From positions 10,705-74,704 of the forward strand of contig JBMHCE010000024.1 of the NCBI GenBank assembly GCA_049890075.1: a DNA stretch of 64,000 nucleotides. The letters run 5' to 3'. The notes below the pieces were generated by a model. That model worked only from the letters and a program-made list of their open reading frames with translations, had not been told where the DNA came from and did not search any database. Position numbers and translations under genes: made by a program. The DNA comes from Chitinophagales bacterium (GTDB lineage: Bacteria; Bacteroidota; Bacteroidia; Chitinophagales; UBA8649). This document shows positions 26,648-36,702 of this stretch, piece after piece (the stretch's first letter is position 1; every line of letters begins with the position of its first letter).

Positions 26648-28819
26648 ATGCAGTTTTTTAGTGAATTTTACACCATGGAGAAATCTTTTAAACCTTCAAC
26701 ATCTTTTCGTCGCTTTGTCGGTATCATAACCGTGTTGAGCTGCATTCAACCTTTATCGCACCCTGTGAGCGCCCAAGGAAGTTTCACGCGAGCTGACGAC
26801 TATTTGTTTCTCCATCCTGAAGCCAATGTGATTCAGAACTATGGAGGTCATGTGATGGATGATGTGAGGCGGGCTTGGAACCAGTCAGATAGTAGCGCTT
26901 TTGTAATCGCCCATTTTGGTGATGAGCATATTCAAGGAGATATGTTAACCGGTCAATTGCAAAAGATACTGCAAGCTGAACGCGGAAATGGTGGCTGGGG
27001 AATGCTACAACCTACATCAGTGGCACGAACATTTAGCTCGGTGTATTACACAAGTAGTCTTAAGGGCACTTGGCGATATGATATAGCGTCTAGAATGACA
27101 CCATCAATTCCAAGGGGACTATCTGGTATGGTGGCAAAAACAGCTGATGAACATGCTGAGCTTTCTTTTGCGTTTCAAGAAAAAATGCTTCAAAAGCCCA
27201 TGCGCCTGCAAATCTTTTGTTCACCAAATAACAGCTTTGATTTACTGTGGGTTTCAGATACAGACACGGTACTTATTCAGCCATCGTCTATGGATGCAGA
27301 GGCGAGCTACATAGAAGCGTCTATTCCGCCCTTTGATCGAGAGTTTTCCTTGATATGCAAGAAAACTTCTGAGGACCAAACAGGTTTTGTTTTTCACGGG
27401 GCTAATCTTCTTTATGCAGAAGATGCTGGGCTTGTCTATCATTCTCTAGGCGTGGAGGGTTCGGGTTATACGGGAATACTTAACGCAGAAGAGTTTAGTC
27501 CACAGTTGTCATCGCTTGATCCAGATATGGTTATTCTTGATTTTGCTATTGCAGAACTTAGCGGACGCGATGTTCTTGGCCCCTCGACTAAAACCAACAT
27601 CATCCGAACCATCGCCAAAGTCAAAAGGGCATGTCCCAATGCAGCCATCCTGTTAATGTCAGCTCAGGATATGTATCGTGGGAAAAAAGAGAACATGGTG
27701 GTTACCGAAGAGTATTCATCGTTATTGCAGGAAATAGCTAAAGAAAAGGGGTGTTTATTTTATGACTGGTTCTGGGCATCTGGAGGGCGGACTAGTATTT
27801 TGGAATGGCGAAAACGGTCCTTGGCTGGTGTACATCTCGTCTCGTTGACTCCACGGGGCTATCGGCTCAAAGCGGAGATGCTAGGCGAAGCCTTGCTAGT
27901 TGCCTTCACTGACACCTCTAATCAGCCATTCGAAGTTGATGTAGAGGCATTCCAAGAAGCCCAAATAGATCGACTACGCGATTTTCAAACCTTAGAGGTC
28001 GCAACAAGCACAACCACTCAGGAAGTGGCTACAACGAATTCTAATATTCGTGCTGATTCCCCACCAGTGGTAGAGCCTGGTAGCGCAAGGTCTGCAAGCC
28101 GTAGCTCAAAGATTACACATGTTGTATCGGAGGGCGAGTTTCTTGGGGCTATCGCCAAGCGGTACAATGTTGGTCTATCTCAGATTTTGGAATGGAACAA
28201 TCTAACAGAATCGTCAATTTTGGCAATCGGTCAACGGTTAACCCTATATACTGATGGGAGATCGACATCCTCTGCTACTTCTTTAACCCATACCGTAAAA
28301 TCGGGCGAGGTACTGAGTGTTATTGCCGAGCGGTACAATGTTGGATTATCACAGATTTTGGAATGGAATAATCTAACAGAGTCATCAATTTTGGCAATTG
28401 GTCAGCAGCTAACGATTTATGCTGCAGATGGCTCAGCTCCTTCGCCTTCTTCAAAGGTGATTCATACCGTAAAATCAGGCGAGGTGCTAAGCGTTATCGC
28501 CGAGCGGTATAATGTGGGCCTTTCCCAAGTTATAGATTGGAATGATATTACCAATGCTGCCAACCTGCGAATAGGTCAAGAGCTAGTTATTTATCCGGGA
28601 CAAGGAGTTTTTACTTCAAACAGTGCACCCTCGTCAAGCAGCTCTTCCTCTTCAACAGTGATTCATACGGTAAAATCGGGCGAAGTGCTGAGTGTTATTG
28701 CTGAGAAATACAACGTAGGGCTGTCCCAAGTTATCGAATGGAACAATATAGACGATGCGGCGAGTTTACGAGTAGGACAAGAACTGAAGATATATCCTGA
28801 TCGCAGTAATCTTGAGTAA
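26648..28819 (+). CDS. Secreted protein: SGNH/GDSL-like domain (apparently degenerate) plus four C-terminal LysM peptidoglycan-binding modules
   Basis: A signal-like N-terminus is followed by an SGNH block-I-like FVIAHFGDEHIQGD. Four copies of the LysM consensus follow (H.V..GE.L..IA..YNVGLSQ...WN......L..GQ.L.IY). Confidence 0.7.
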   Translation: MQFFSEFYTMEKSFKPSTSFRRFVGIITVLSCIQPLSHPVSAQGSFTRADDYLFLHPEANVIQNYGGHVMDDVRRAWNQSDSSAFVIAHFGDEHIQGDMLTGQLQKILQAERGNGGWGMLQPTSVARTFSSVYYTSSLKGTWRYDIASRMTPSIPRGLSGMVAKTADEHAELSFAFQEKMLQKPMRLQIFCSPNNSFDLLWVSDTDTVLIQPSSMDAEASYIEASIPPFDREFSLICKKTSEDQTGFVFHGANLLYAEDAGLVYHSLGVEGSGYTGILNAEEFSPQLSSLDPDMVILDFAIAELSGRDVLGPSTKTNIIRTIAKVKRACPNAAILLMSAQDMYRGKKENMVVTEEYSSLLQEIAKEKGCLFYDWFWASGGRTSILEWRKRSLAGVHLVSLTPRGYRLKAEMLGEALLVAFTDTSNQPFEVDVEAFQEAQIDRLRDFQTLEVATSTTTQEVATTNSNIRADSPPVVEPGSARSASRSSKITHVVSEGEFLGAIAKRYNVGLSQILEWNNLTESSILAIGQRLTLYTDGRSTSSATSLTHTVKSGEVLSVIAERYNVGLSQILEWNNLTESSILAIGQQLTIYAADGSAPSPSSKVIHTVKSGEVLSVIAERYNVGLSQVIDWNDITNAANLRIGQELVIYPGQGVFTSNSAPSSSSSSSSTVIHTVKSGEVLSVIAEKYNVGLSQVIEWNNIDDAASLRVGQELKIYPDRSNLE
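28112..28795 (+). repeat. Four in-frame LysM-module repeats (about 28112-28249, 28286-28420, 28460-28594, 28661-28795)
   Basis: Modules 1 and 2 share long near-identical nucleotide runs (cggtacaatgttgg..ttatc.cagattttggaatggaa.aatctaacaga). Modules 2 to 4 share ataccgtaaaatc.ggcga.gt.ct.ag.gttat.gc.ga. Confidence 0.85.
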
Positions 28820-28824
28820 CCAGA

Positions 28825-30396
28825 TTATCCATTCATAGATACCAAGAACTCCTCATTGGACTGAGTGCCTCGCATGTGGTTGAGGATGAAGTCCATAGCT
28901 TCCTCACTATTCATATCGGCAAGGTGGTTACGCAAAATCCACATACGTTGTAACTGCTCTTTTCCTAATAGAAGGTCTTCTCTACGTGTACTAGAAGCTA
29001 CAAGGTCAATGGCAGGGTAGATTCTTCGATTGGATAAGCGTCGGTCGAGTTGTAATTCCATGTTACCCGTTCCTTTGAACTCTTCAAAAATCACTTCATC
29101 CATTTTTGAGCCGGTCTCAATAAGAGCGGTGGCGAGAATGGTCAGTGATCCGCCGTGCTCGATGTTTCGTGCGGCACCAAAGAATTTTTTCGGTTTGTGC
29201 AGGGCATTGGCTTCAACCCCTCCTGAAAGAACTTTACCTGATGCAGGAGATACGGTGTTGTGAGCTCGTGCCAATCGCGTAATGGAATCCAATAAAATCA
29301 CCACGTCCATGCCGCTTTCCACGAGGCGCTTTGCTTTTTCAAGAGCAATAGTTGACACTTTTACGTGTCGGTCAGCTGGTTCATCAAATGTAGAAGCCAA
29401 CACTTCGGCCCGTACACTGCGCTCCATGTCGGTTACTTCTTCAGGTCGTTCGTCAATGAGAAGGACCATAAGGTATACTTCAGGATGATTTTTCGCTATG
29501 GCATTGGCTACGTCTTTAAGAATGGACGTCTTACCTGTTTTGGGCTGGGCAACAATCATACCCCGTTGACCCTTTCCAATCGGAGTAAACAAGTCCATAA
29601 CTCTAGTGGAGAGGGCACCTTTATCTCCTTCAAGCGAGAGGTTAAGCTTTTCTTCAGGAAAGAGTGGCTTGAGATAATCGAAAGGAATTCTGTGTTTAAT
29701 CTTGTCTGGACTCATGCCATTAACTGATTCCACCTTGGTTAAGGCAAAATACTTTTCACCCGGCCTAGGCGGACGGATAAACCCTTTAACGGTGTCTCCC
29801 GGTTTTAGGCCATTGGATTTTATCTGTCCCGAAGAGACATAAATGTCATCGGGTGAACTGAGGTAATTGTAATCACCTGATCGTAGAAATCCATATCCCT
29901 CATTCATGAGTTCAAGGACTCCTTCTCCAGCGATACAGCCGTCAACCTTTACATCAAATACATACTCTTTTTTGGGCGGCTTCCGGTCGTTCTGCTGCCC
30001 TTTTGATTCGGAATTGTTTGAATGACCCCTTCCTCGTCCTTGTTCGTTGTCGTTCTTTTTTCTTCGATCATTGCGCTGTCGCTTGTTGTTTTCTCTAGAA
30101 GAACTTTCTTCGGATGAACCCTTTTCATTCTTATCTGAAGAAGAAGGCTTTTTGTCAGTCTTATTTGAAGAATTAGATTCCTCTTGCTTTTTTAATGGGC
30201 GCTTGGTGTTTTTGCGTACCTCGGGTTTTTCTTTAGCAGCAACACCTGCCTCAGGTTCTTTATCGGCTTGTGCATCCAAAATGGCGTGGACTAAGTCCAT
30301 TTTTGCCATACGTTTAAAGCCCTTAACGCTGAATTTTTCAGCAATTTCTTTGAGTTCTGGAACGATAAACGCGTTCAGTTGTTCAATATCGTACAT
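28825..30396 (-). CDS. rho: Transcription termination factor Rho with ~100-aa low-complexity N-terminal insertion
   Basis: It has Walker A ([15 protein letters not shown]), the motif LIDERPEEV and a Rho C-terminal region ([34 protein letters not shown]). The start is set at ATG 30396 (MYDIEQLN...). Confidence 0.95.
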   Translation of the reverse strand: MYDIEQLNAFIVPELKEIAEKFSVKGFKRMAKMDLVHAILDAQADKEPEAGVAAKEKPEVRKNTKRPLKKQEESNSSNKTDKKPSSSDKNEKGSSEESSSRENNKRQRNDRRKKNDNEQGRGRGHSNNSESKGQQNDRKPPKKEYVFDVKVDGCIAGEGVLELMNEGYGFLRSGDYNYLSSPDDIYVSSGQIKSNGLKPGDTVKGFIRPPRPGEKYFALTKVESVNGMSPDKIKHRIPFDYLKPLFPEEKLNLSLEGDKGALSTRVMDLFTPIGKGQRGMIVAQPKTGKTSILKDVANAIAKNHPEVYLMVLLIDERPEEVTDMERSVRAEVLASTFDEPADRHVKVSTIALEKAKRLVESGMDVVILLDSITRLARAHNTVSPASGKVLSGGVEANALHKPKKFFGAARNIEHGGSLTILATALIETGSKMDEVIFEEFKGTGNMELQLDRRLSNRRIYPAIDLVASSTRREDLLLGKEQLQRMWILRNHLADMNSEEAMDFILNHMRGTQSNEEFLVSMNG

Positions 30397-30544
30397 GAAA
30401 TAAATTGAGAATTGAAAGGAAATCGGGAATAAAAGGATTGATTTCCAATGCAAGAATAACTAATTCTTACAATAGTTGCAATATTTTGATAAAAACTAGG
30501 GCACAATTTGAAGGATTTGCCGTTTTTTACGCTAGAAAGATATC

Positions 30545-31828
30545 ATGATTGATTTACAATGGATTCGTGCGAATACAGATCTCGCCAAATCTAGACACAA
30601 CAAGCGCCCTAACACCTCTCCTGAAGAGATAGATCAGCTGATTGAACTTGATGCTTCTAGACGAAGCGCACAAGGCAAATTGGATGAGGCGAAAACAGAA
30701 GCAAATGCTGCTGCCCAGGAAGTGGGCAAGCTCTTTAAGTCGGGCCAAGTTGAGCAAGCAGAACTTCTTCGCGAGAAGACCAAAGAACTAAAGGCAACTA
30801 TATCGTCCTTGGAGCAAACCATGAGAGAGGCAAATGAGGCCTTGAATGCTCACTGGATCCAACTTCCCAACCTTGCCTTCGACGAGGTCCCTGAGGGTAA
30901 AAATGAAGAGGATAATGAAGAGATCCGGCGATCCGACAGGCCCTGTAAAGAGGCGAGTACACCCCATTGGGATATTGCCGAACGCCTTAATCTATTGCGT
31001 ATGGATTTGGGTGTTAAGCTTACGGGCAGTGGATTTCCTGTTTATGTAGGCGAGATGGCTAGGCTTCAACGCTCGCTTGTGTCTTACTTTTTGGCTGAAG
31101 CAACAAAGGCAGGATATGCCGAGTTTCAAGTTCCTCATTTAGTCAATGAAGACTCTGCACGCGCAACAGGCCAGTTGCCAGACAAAGAAGCTCAGATGTA
31201 TGAAGCAACCTTAGATGGGCTATATCTTATACCCACTGCTGAGGTACCACTCACTAATCTTTACCGAGACGCCTTGCTTAGCGAACAGGACTTACCGCTT
31301 CGGCTGACAGGTTATACTCCCTGTTTTCGCAGAGAGGCGGGCTCATATGGTAAAGAGGTTCGGGGGCTAAACCGTTTGCACCAATTTGACAAGGTTGAAA
31401 TTGTGCAAATCGTACCACCATCAGATTCCGAAGCAGCTCACCAAGCTATGGTGAAGCATGTTGAGAACTTATTAGATTCCCTTGAAATGCCTTATAGAGT
31501 CTTAAACCTATGTGCTGGTGATTTGGGATTTGCAGCTGGCATAACCTACGATTTTGAGATTTGGTCTCCAGGTCAATCACGATGGCTAGAGGTGAGCTCT
31601 GTATCCAACTTTGGTACGTTTCAAACCAATCGCCTTCGAATGAGATACCGTGACCAAGAAAACAACAAGATAAAACCCCACACCTTAAATGGAAGTGCCC
31701 TTGCAATTCCCCGCATTGTGTCGGGACTATTGGAACAAGGCTGGGATGGGGAAGTAGTGCATTTGCCGAAAGTGCTCCATGCCTACATGGGAACCGATAG
31801 ATTAACTAAACAAGATGTAACCTTATGA
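30545..31828 (+). CDS. serS: Serine--tRNA ligase
   Basis: An N-terminal coiled-coil arm is followed by class II motifs (TGYTPCFRREAGSYGKEVRGLNRLHQFDKVE, TLNGSALA.PR). Confidence 0.95.
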   Translation: MIDLQWIRANTDLAKSRHNKRPNTSPEEIDQLIELDASRRSAQGKLDEAKTEANAAAQEVGKLFKSGQVEQAELLREKTKELKATISSLEQTMREANEALNAHWIQLPNLAFDEVPEGKNEEDNEEIRRSDRPCKEASTPHWDIAERLNLLRMDLGVKLTGSGFPVYVGEMARLQRSLVSYFLAEATKAGYAEFQVPHLVNEDSARATGQLPDKEAQMYEATLDGLYLIPTAEVPLTNLYRDALLSEQDLPLRLTGYTPCFRREAGSYGKEVRGLNRLHQFDKVEIVQIVPPSDSEAAHQAMVKHVENLLDSLEMPYRVLNLCAGDLGFAAGITYDFEIWSPGQSRWLEVSSVSNFGTFQTNRLRMRYRDQENNKIKPHTLNGSALAIPRIVSGLLEQGWDGEVVHLPKVLHAYMGTDRLTKQDVTL

Positions 31829-32058
31829 ATGTAAAGCATCAAGCAATATCCTTTCTGATTCGCGGAATTGCTTTTGTTGGCCTTGGGCTTTTCATGGCTA
31901 TTTCTGAATTCTTACTATCTGACTCTCCCCCAAACTGGAAAGCTTGGTTGTCTTTTCCGTTAGGGGTATATGGTCTAGTTCGCCTAATGCAGGGAGTTAA
32001 ACGCTTAAAGGAATTCAAAAAATTACAAGCTGAACAAAACGAAGTACAAGGAGAATAA
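31825..32058 (+). CDS. Hypothetical small membrane protein (two TM helices)
   Basis: The 77-aa ORF overlaps the serS stop by 4 nt (ATGA). It has two hydrophobic helices and a charged tail. Confidence 0.4.
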   Translation: MNVKHQAISFLIRGIAFVGLGLFMAISEFLLSDSPPNWKAWLSFPLGVYGLVRLMQGVKRLKEFKKLQAEQNEVQGE

Positions 32059-32071
32059 CTAGATTTCAACT

Positions 32072-33334
32072 ATGCAACAAGACAAGATTTTTGACCTCAT
32101 TGAACGAGAACACAGACGCCAACTGGAAGGAATAGAACTTATTGCTTCGGAGAATTTCGCAAGCCCAAATGTTATGAAGGCAGCGGGAAGCATTCTGACC
32201 AATAAATATGCGGAGGGTTTACCCAAGAGGCGCTACTATGGGGGATGTGAAGTGGTAGATGATATTGAACAACTCTGTATCGATCGTTTGTGCTCGTTGT
32301 TTGGTGCTGAATGGGCTAATGTCCAGCCACACAGTGGTGCTCAGGCGAATGCGGCGGTTATGTTAGCCACGCTAAATCCAGGCGATTCTATTTTGGGCTT
32401 TAGTCTAGCTCATGGAGGACACCTTTCCCACGGTTCTCCCGTAAACTTGAGTGGTCTGTATTATGACGCTCATTTCTATGGTGTGCAACAGGATACGGGG
32501 CGTATTGATATGGACGATGTCGCGCGTATCGCTCGTGAGGTCCGCCCAAAGCTGTTGATTTGCGGAGCATCAGCTTATGCTCGCGATTGGGATTATGCTC
32601 GTTTCCGTGAGATTGCAGACGAAGTTGGTGCTCTATTGCTTGCAGATATTGCGCACACAGCAGGCCTCATTGCAACCGGCCAACTCAACAATCCAATGCC
32701 ACATTGCCATATGGTGACGTCGACAACTCACAAAACCTTGCGCGGTCCTCGTGGGGGTATTATCATGCTCGGCAAGGATTATCCGAACCCAATGGGCAAG
32801 GCAACGAAGAAGGGAGATATTAGAAAGATGTCTTCGGTTCTAGATAGCGGAGTATTTCCTGGGACGCAAGGAGGTCCTCTTGAACATGTTATTGCAGCAA
32901 AGGCAGTAGCCTTTCAAGAAGCGCTACAACCTTCCTTTACAGAGTACACTAAGCGTGTTATTGAGAATGCTCGGGTGTTGTCTGAAGCTTTAGTGGGTGC
33001 TGGTTACGATTTGGTGTCAGGAGGTACTGATAATCACCTAATGCTAATCGATTTATCAAGGAAAGGGATCACAGGGAAGGATGCGGAAGCCCTTTTAGGA
33101 ATGGCCGATATCACAGCAAACAAAAACATGGTACCATTTGACACGAAATCGCCCTTTATTACTTCGGGTATTCGATTGGGTACTGCTGCGGTGACTACAA
33201 GAGGTTTTGGAGAGAATGAAATGGTGCAAATCGCTTCATGGATAGACCGGGTGTTATCCCAAGGCGAACAAGAAGCGGTGACGGTCAAGACAGAGGTTCA
33301 TGCGTTAGCGCAATCATTTCCTTTACATGCCTAA
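32072..33334 (+). CDS. glyA: Serine hydroxymethyltransferase
   Basis: LIASENF is present, with the PLP-lysine motif [15 protein letters not shown] and SGIRLGT. Confidence 0.95.
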   Translation: MQQDKIFDLIEREHRRQLEGIELIASENFASPNVMKAAGSILTNKYAEGLPKRRYYGGCEVVDDIEQLCIDRLCSLFGAEWANVQPHSGAQANAAVMLATLNPGDSILGFSLAHGGHLSHGSPVNLSGLYYDAHFYGVQQDTGRIDMDDVARIAREVRPKLLICGASAYARDWDYARFREIADEVGALLLADIAHTAGLIATGQLNNPMPHCHMVTSTTHKTLRGPRGGIIMLGKDYPNPMGKATKKGDIRKMSSVLDSGVFPGTQGGPLEHVIAAKAVAFQEALQPSFTEYTKRVIENARVLSEALVGAGYDLVSGGTDNHLMLIDLSRKGITGKDAEALLGMADITANKNMVPFDTKSPFITSGIRLGTAAVTTRGFGENEMVQIASWIDRVLSQGEQEAVTVKTEVHALAQSFPLHA

Positions 33335-34397
33335 ACGTAATGTTGTAGTTGCTTTTTCTATTGTTCTCTTTTTGGGATATGCATTGCCCGTGGCAGGAAA
33401 TTCATGGCCCAGAGCTATTCAGGCATTTGAGGAAGAGAATTATCCCTTAGCCGATTCCCTGTTCGGCGAGATTATCAAAGAATTTCCTAATCGATCGGAG
33501 GCTCACCTGTATCGCGCTCAAAGCCGTTATTGGCTTGGGGATTACAATCAGGCGCTCTATCATTTAAATCTAGGAAATCCTCCTTCTCAGCAAATGGGTA
33601 GAGCAGAAATGTTGCGCGCCTATTGCCATTTCAATTTAGGGGAAGTGGATAAGGCTCGCTATATAATGGAAGATGTTGCCATGCATTATGAAGATTTACG
33701 GGATAGTGCGAGGGCATTTTTAGTCTCATATCATAGGGATGCAGGAAACTACATTGAAGCTTATTCCCTTCTTTCTATTCGACTCGAAGAAAACCCGAGG
33801 TCCTATGTGTTTTCCAAACGCGCACTCGTAGCGTTGGAATTGGGTAATGTCCAAGGCGCAATTGATGATTTTTCTGCGGCGATACATCTGGATTCACTGC
33901 AAGTTGAATATTACTGGCGAAGGGCTATTCTCTATGGAGAAGGTGGTGAGTACGACAAGGCAATTGCCGATTATGATCGGGCCATTGAGTTAGATCCTGA
34001 CAACGATGTTTTATGGCGAAATCGCGCCATTGAGGCCTTATCGGCAAAGCAGCATTCCAAAGCATTAATCGATTTAGAAAGACTTATTGAGCGATATCCT
34101 AATGATGTAGACTTGTTAAAATCACTGTTTTATTGTTACTATGCGCTGCGACGCTTTGATGAAGCGACAGCGGTCTATGACACCCTCGAGCAGGTTGATC
34201 CTAATAACCCCTTGCTGAGACAGTATGATCGAAATGAATTGCTGTCGTCTACGTTTTTTAAGCGATTGATTAATAGGTTAACAGCTGGACTTCAGGTATT
34301 GCAAAAGGAATGGGTTTTTTGGATACCGCTTATATCCTTGTTGACCTTTGTCATCTATGGGATAAAGATGAGGAGAAGAAAGCAACACGCATCCTAG
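33327..34397 (+). CDS. Tetratricopeptide-repeat protein with C-terminal TM anchor
   Basis: It has a signal peptide, TPR repeats ([26 protein letters not shown]) and a terminal hydrophobic helix followed by KMRRRKQH. Confidence 0.6.
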   Translation: MPKRNVVVAFSIVLFLGYALPVAGNSWPRAIQAFEEENYPLADSLFGEIIKEFPNRSEAHLYRAQSRYWLGDYNQALYHLNLGNPPSQQMGRAEMLRAYCHFNLGEVDKARYIMEDVAMHYEDLRDSARAFLVSYHRDAGNYIEAYSLLSIRLEENPRSYVFSKRALVALELGNVQGAIDDFSAAIHLDSLQVEYYWRRAILYGEGGEYDKAIADYDRAIELDPDNDVLWRNRAIEALSAKQHSKALIDLERLIERYPNDVDLLKSLFYCYYALRRFDEATAVYDTLEQVDPNNPLLRQYDRNELLSSTFFKRLINRLTAGLQVLQKEWVFWIPLISLLTFVIYGIKMRRRKQHAS

Positions 34398-34420
34398 GTG
34401 TCGATTTTAATGGGTTTTCT

Positions 34421-34765
34421 TTAAACTGAAAAACTCTCCCCACAGGAGCACGTTCGCTCAGCATTTGGATTGATGAAATGGAATCCTTTTCCATTGAGGC
34501 CATCGCTGTAGTCAAGCGTCGTATTGGCGATAAACAAAAAGCTTTTTAAGTCGGTGACCATTTTGACTCCTTTATCAAAAAAAATCTGATCGGCTTCTTC
34601 AATCTTGTGATCAAACTCAAGTTTATAGGTTAGTCCAGAGCATCCTCCGCCTAGCACTCGAATCCTTACTGCCTGCTCCTCTCCGTCTTGCACCTGGCCA
34701 TTGCTTTTGTTTTGCTGTAAGATTTCTTGCACTTGATGTGCAGCTTTGTCGGAGATAAAGAGCAT
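34421..34765 (-). CDS. Iron-sulfur cluster insertion / A-type carrier protein (IscA/ErpA/HesB family)
   Basis: GGGCSGLTYKLEF is present, with the C-terminal Cys pair CSCGESFSV. Confidence 0.8.
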   Translation of the reverse strand: MLFISDKAAHQVQEILQQNKSNGQVQDGEEQAVRIRVLGGGCSGLTYKLEFDHKIEEADQIFFDKGVKMVTDLKSFLFIANTTLDYSDGLNGKGFHFINPNAERTCSCGESFSV

Positions 34766-34794
34766 GAAACGTATTTTGTATAAAATTAATCATC

Positions 34795-35196
34795 GTGCGA
34801 AAAATCGAACATATAGGAATTGCGGTTCAAGATATGGAAGCTGCGGAGGCCACTTACACTAAATTGTTCGGCAAGGGTCCTTACAAAAGGGAGGTTGTCG
34901 AAGACCAAGGCGTTATAACCTCTTTTTTTAAGTGTGGGCCAAACAAAATTGAATTGATAGCTCCATTGGGTACAGATTCTGTCCTGCACGAATATTTCAA
35001 AAAACATCGGAGTGGTTTGCATCATATGGCGCTGGCGGTATATGATATTGAGGAGGAGGTCAAGCGATTAACAAACGAGGGCTTTCATCCTGTCTCACAA
35101 TCGGTAAGCCGAGGAGCCGATAATCGTCGAATATTCTTTTTTCATCCGAAATCAACGGAAGGCGTACTGCTCGAAATCTGCCAATTGGAGGATTAA
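34795..35196 (+). CDS. Methylmalonyl-CoA epimerase (VOC/glyoxalase fold)
   Basis: IEHIGIAV..., IELIAPLG and GLHHMALAV....LLEICQ form the typical epimerase pattern. The start codon is GTG. Confidence 0.7.
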   Translation: MRKIEHIGIAVQDMEAAEATYTKLFGKGPYKREVVEDQGVITSFFKCGPNKIELIAPLGTDSVLHEYFKKHRSGLHHMALAVYDIEEEVKRLTNEGFHPVSQSVSRGADNRRIFFFHPKSTEGVLLEICQLED

Positions 35197-35855
35197 CTCC
35201 AGTTCCCAAGGATTGTCTCGCTAGAAAGGACCTTTTGTTTTAACTCAACAGATGGGGTAAAAGGATTTGGAATATCCATATCCACACGAGAACCCAATAA
35301 AATATAGCCCAATTCTTCTCCAGCACGGACCTCTTGACCAACCTTTATGTACGGCTTAATGCGTCGTGCTAGAAGACCAGCCACAAGGGTCATAGTAATG
35401 ACATGGCCATTGGAATGCTCAATACCTACTTCGAGCCTTTCATTGAGCAAGGATGACTTTGGGTTAAAGGCAACAAGGTGTTTTCCTGGGTGATAGGTAA
35501 CATTAACAACTTTACCCGAGCAGGGGATTCGGATGAGGTGGGTGTCTGTTCCGTGAAGGTAGATCGATAGCCTTAATGCATCTAATGCTTCATTTAGTGA
35601 GGGTTCGAGGGCAACCACGTGTCCGTCTGCAGGAGAAAGCAACGAAGCTGAGGAAAACGCATGGGGAATAGCGGCATCTCTATACCGGAAAAAATACACA
35701 GTAAAGAGGAGTAAAGAAATCTGTAGGGAAAACCATGCTAGGGGATAGTACCAAGGTGTAGTATACCAAAAGAATAGACCTGAGGCAATAAGCACGCAAA
35801 GGCCATGACCTAAAAGATAGGGTTTTACCTCTCGATGGATTCGGGTGGAAGTCAT
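35193..35855 (-). CDS. psd: Phosphatidylserine decarboxylase family protein (short type)
   Basis: N-terminal TM helices are followed by a C-terminal self-cleavage-type motif (ILLGSRVD). The gene is adjacent to cdsA. Confidence 0.7.
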   Translation of the reverse strand: MTSTRIHREVKPYLLGHGLCVLIASGLFFWYTTPWYYPLAWFSLQISLLLFTVYFFRYRDAAIPHAFSSASLLSPADGHVVALEPSLNEALDALRLSIYLHGTDTHLIRIPCSGKVVNVTYHPGKHLVAFNPKSSLLNERLEVGIEHSNGHVITMTLVAGLLARRIKPYIKVGQEVRAGEELGYILLGSRVDMDIPNPFTPSVELKQKVLSSETILGNWS

Positions 35856-35856
35856 G

Positions 35857-36699
35857 TTATAAAAGGGCTGTGGTTTGTGTATACAAATATACCCAAGGAA
35901 TAGTCATAAGGTAACTATCAAATCGGTCTAACAGCCCGCCATGTCCAGGAAGTAGTTTCCCAGAATCTTTCGCCCCTGCTCCTCGTTTAACACTCGACGC
36001 AAAAAGGTCGCCCAGGGTTCCAAATATACCCGCTATGGCTGCGATAATTGCCCAATCTATAGACGACCAAGAGGCCTTAACGAAGACTAGCGGTATGACA
36101 TAGCCAACGGCTAAGGTGACAATAAGGGCAAGTCCGAATCCTTCGACGGTTTTTTTAGGAGAGATGTTGGGGCTTAATGAACGTTTTCCAAACACTGATC
36201 CAAGCACATAGGCTGAGGAATCAAAGATCCAAAGGAGAAGGAAAATCCCCAATATATTTTGAGGCCTAAACAATCCGCCATCATGACGACTTAGCAAGAG
36301 ACTCAAGCAAAGGGGAAGCGTGACATAGGCTAATGCGAGAAAATGACTGGCTAGGTAAGCCAAGGAGTTTCCTCTGTAAAAGATTACATGCATGCAGAAA
36401 AAGGAAAGAAATACACCAAGAAGTATCAATAGCGGCCATTCAATAGCTCCCCCTATTATGTGTAAACCGACAACACCGATGCAGGCTGACGATAGAAAAA
36501 CAAAGCCCAGCGTCGTGAGTGTTTTGTGAATCTTTTTTTGCTTGCCTTCCACTTGAATTAGCCCGATAAGTTCGGCGCTAAGGCCAAGTCCCAATACCAT
36601 GGTAAACAGGGTAAACACACGAAATCCAAGAAAGAGCATGGCAATTATACCTACGACGAGTATACTACCTGTGATAGCACGCTTGAATAAGTTGCTCAT
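35857..36699 (-). CDS. cdsA: Phosphatidate cytidylyltransferase
   Basis: The CTP-transferase signature SSVKRGAGAKDSGKLLPGHGGLLDRFDS is present in a polytopic membrane protein. Confidence 0.85.
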   Translation of the reverse strand: MSNLFKRAITGSILVVGIIAMLFLGFRVFTLFTMVLGLGLSAELIGLIQVEGKQKKIHKTLTTLGFVFLSSACIGVVGLHIIGGAIEWPLLILLGVFLSFFCMHVIFYRGNSLAYLASHFLALAYVTLPLCLSLLLSRHDGGLFRPQNILGIFLLLWIFDSSAYVLGSVFGKRSLSPNISPKKTVEGFGLALIVTLAVGYVIPLVFVKASWSSIDWAIIAAIAGIFGTLGDLFASSVKRGAGAKDSGKLLPGHGGLLDRFDSYLMTIPWVYLYTQTTALL

Positions 36700-36702
36700 G
36701 AT

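Noticed and set aside
28112-28795. Repeated DNA units considered as a MITE/IS remnant or intergenic repeat family.
   Set aside because: The repeats are in frame and each encodes a complete LysM module with linkers. They are internal domain duplications of one gene.
29030-30403. Several plus-strand ORFs (77-120 aa) opposite rho.
   Set aside because: All are antisense to the strongly supported rho gene. The one at 30047..30403 is the complement of the low-complexity insertion region.
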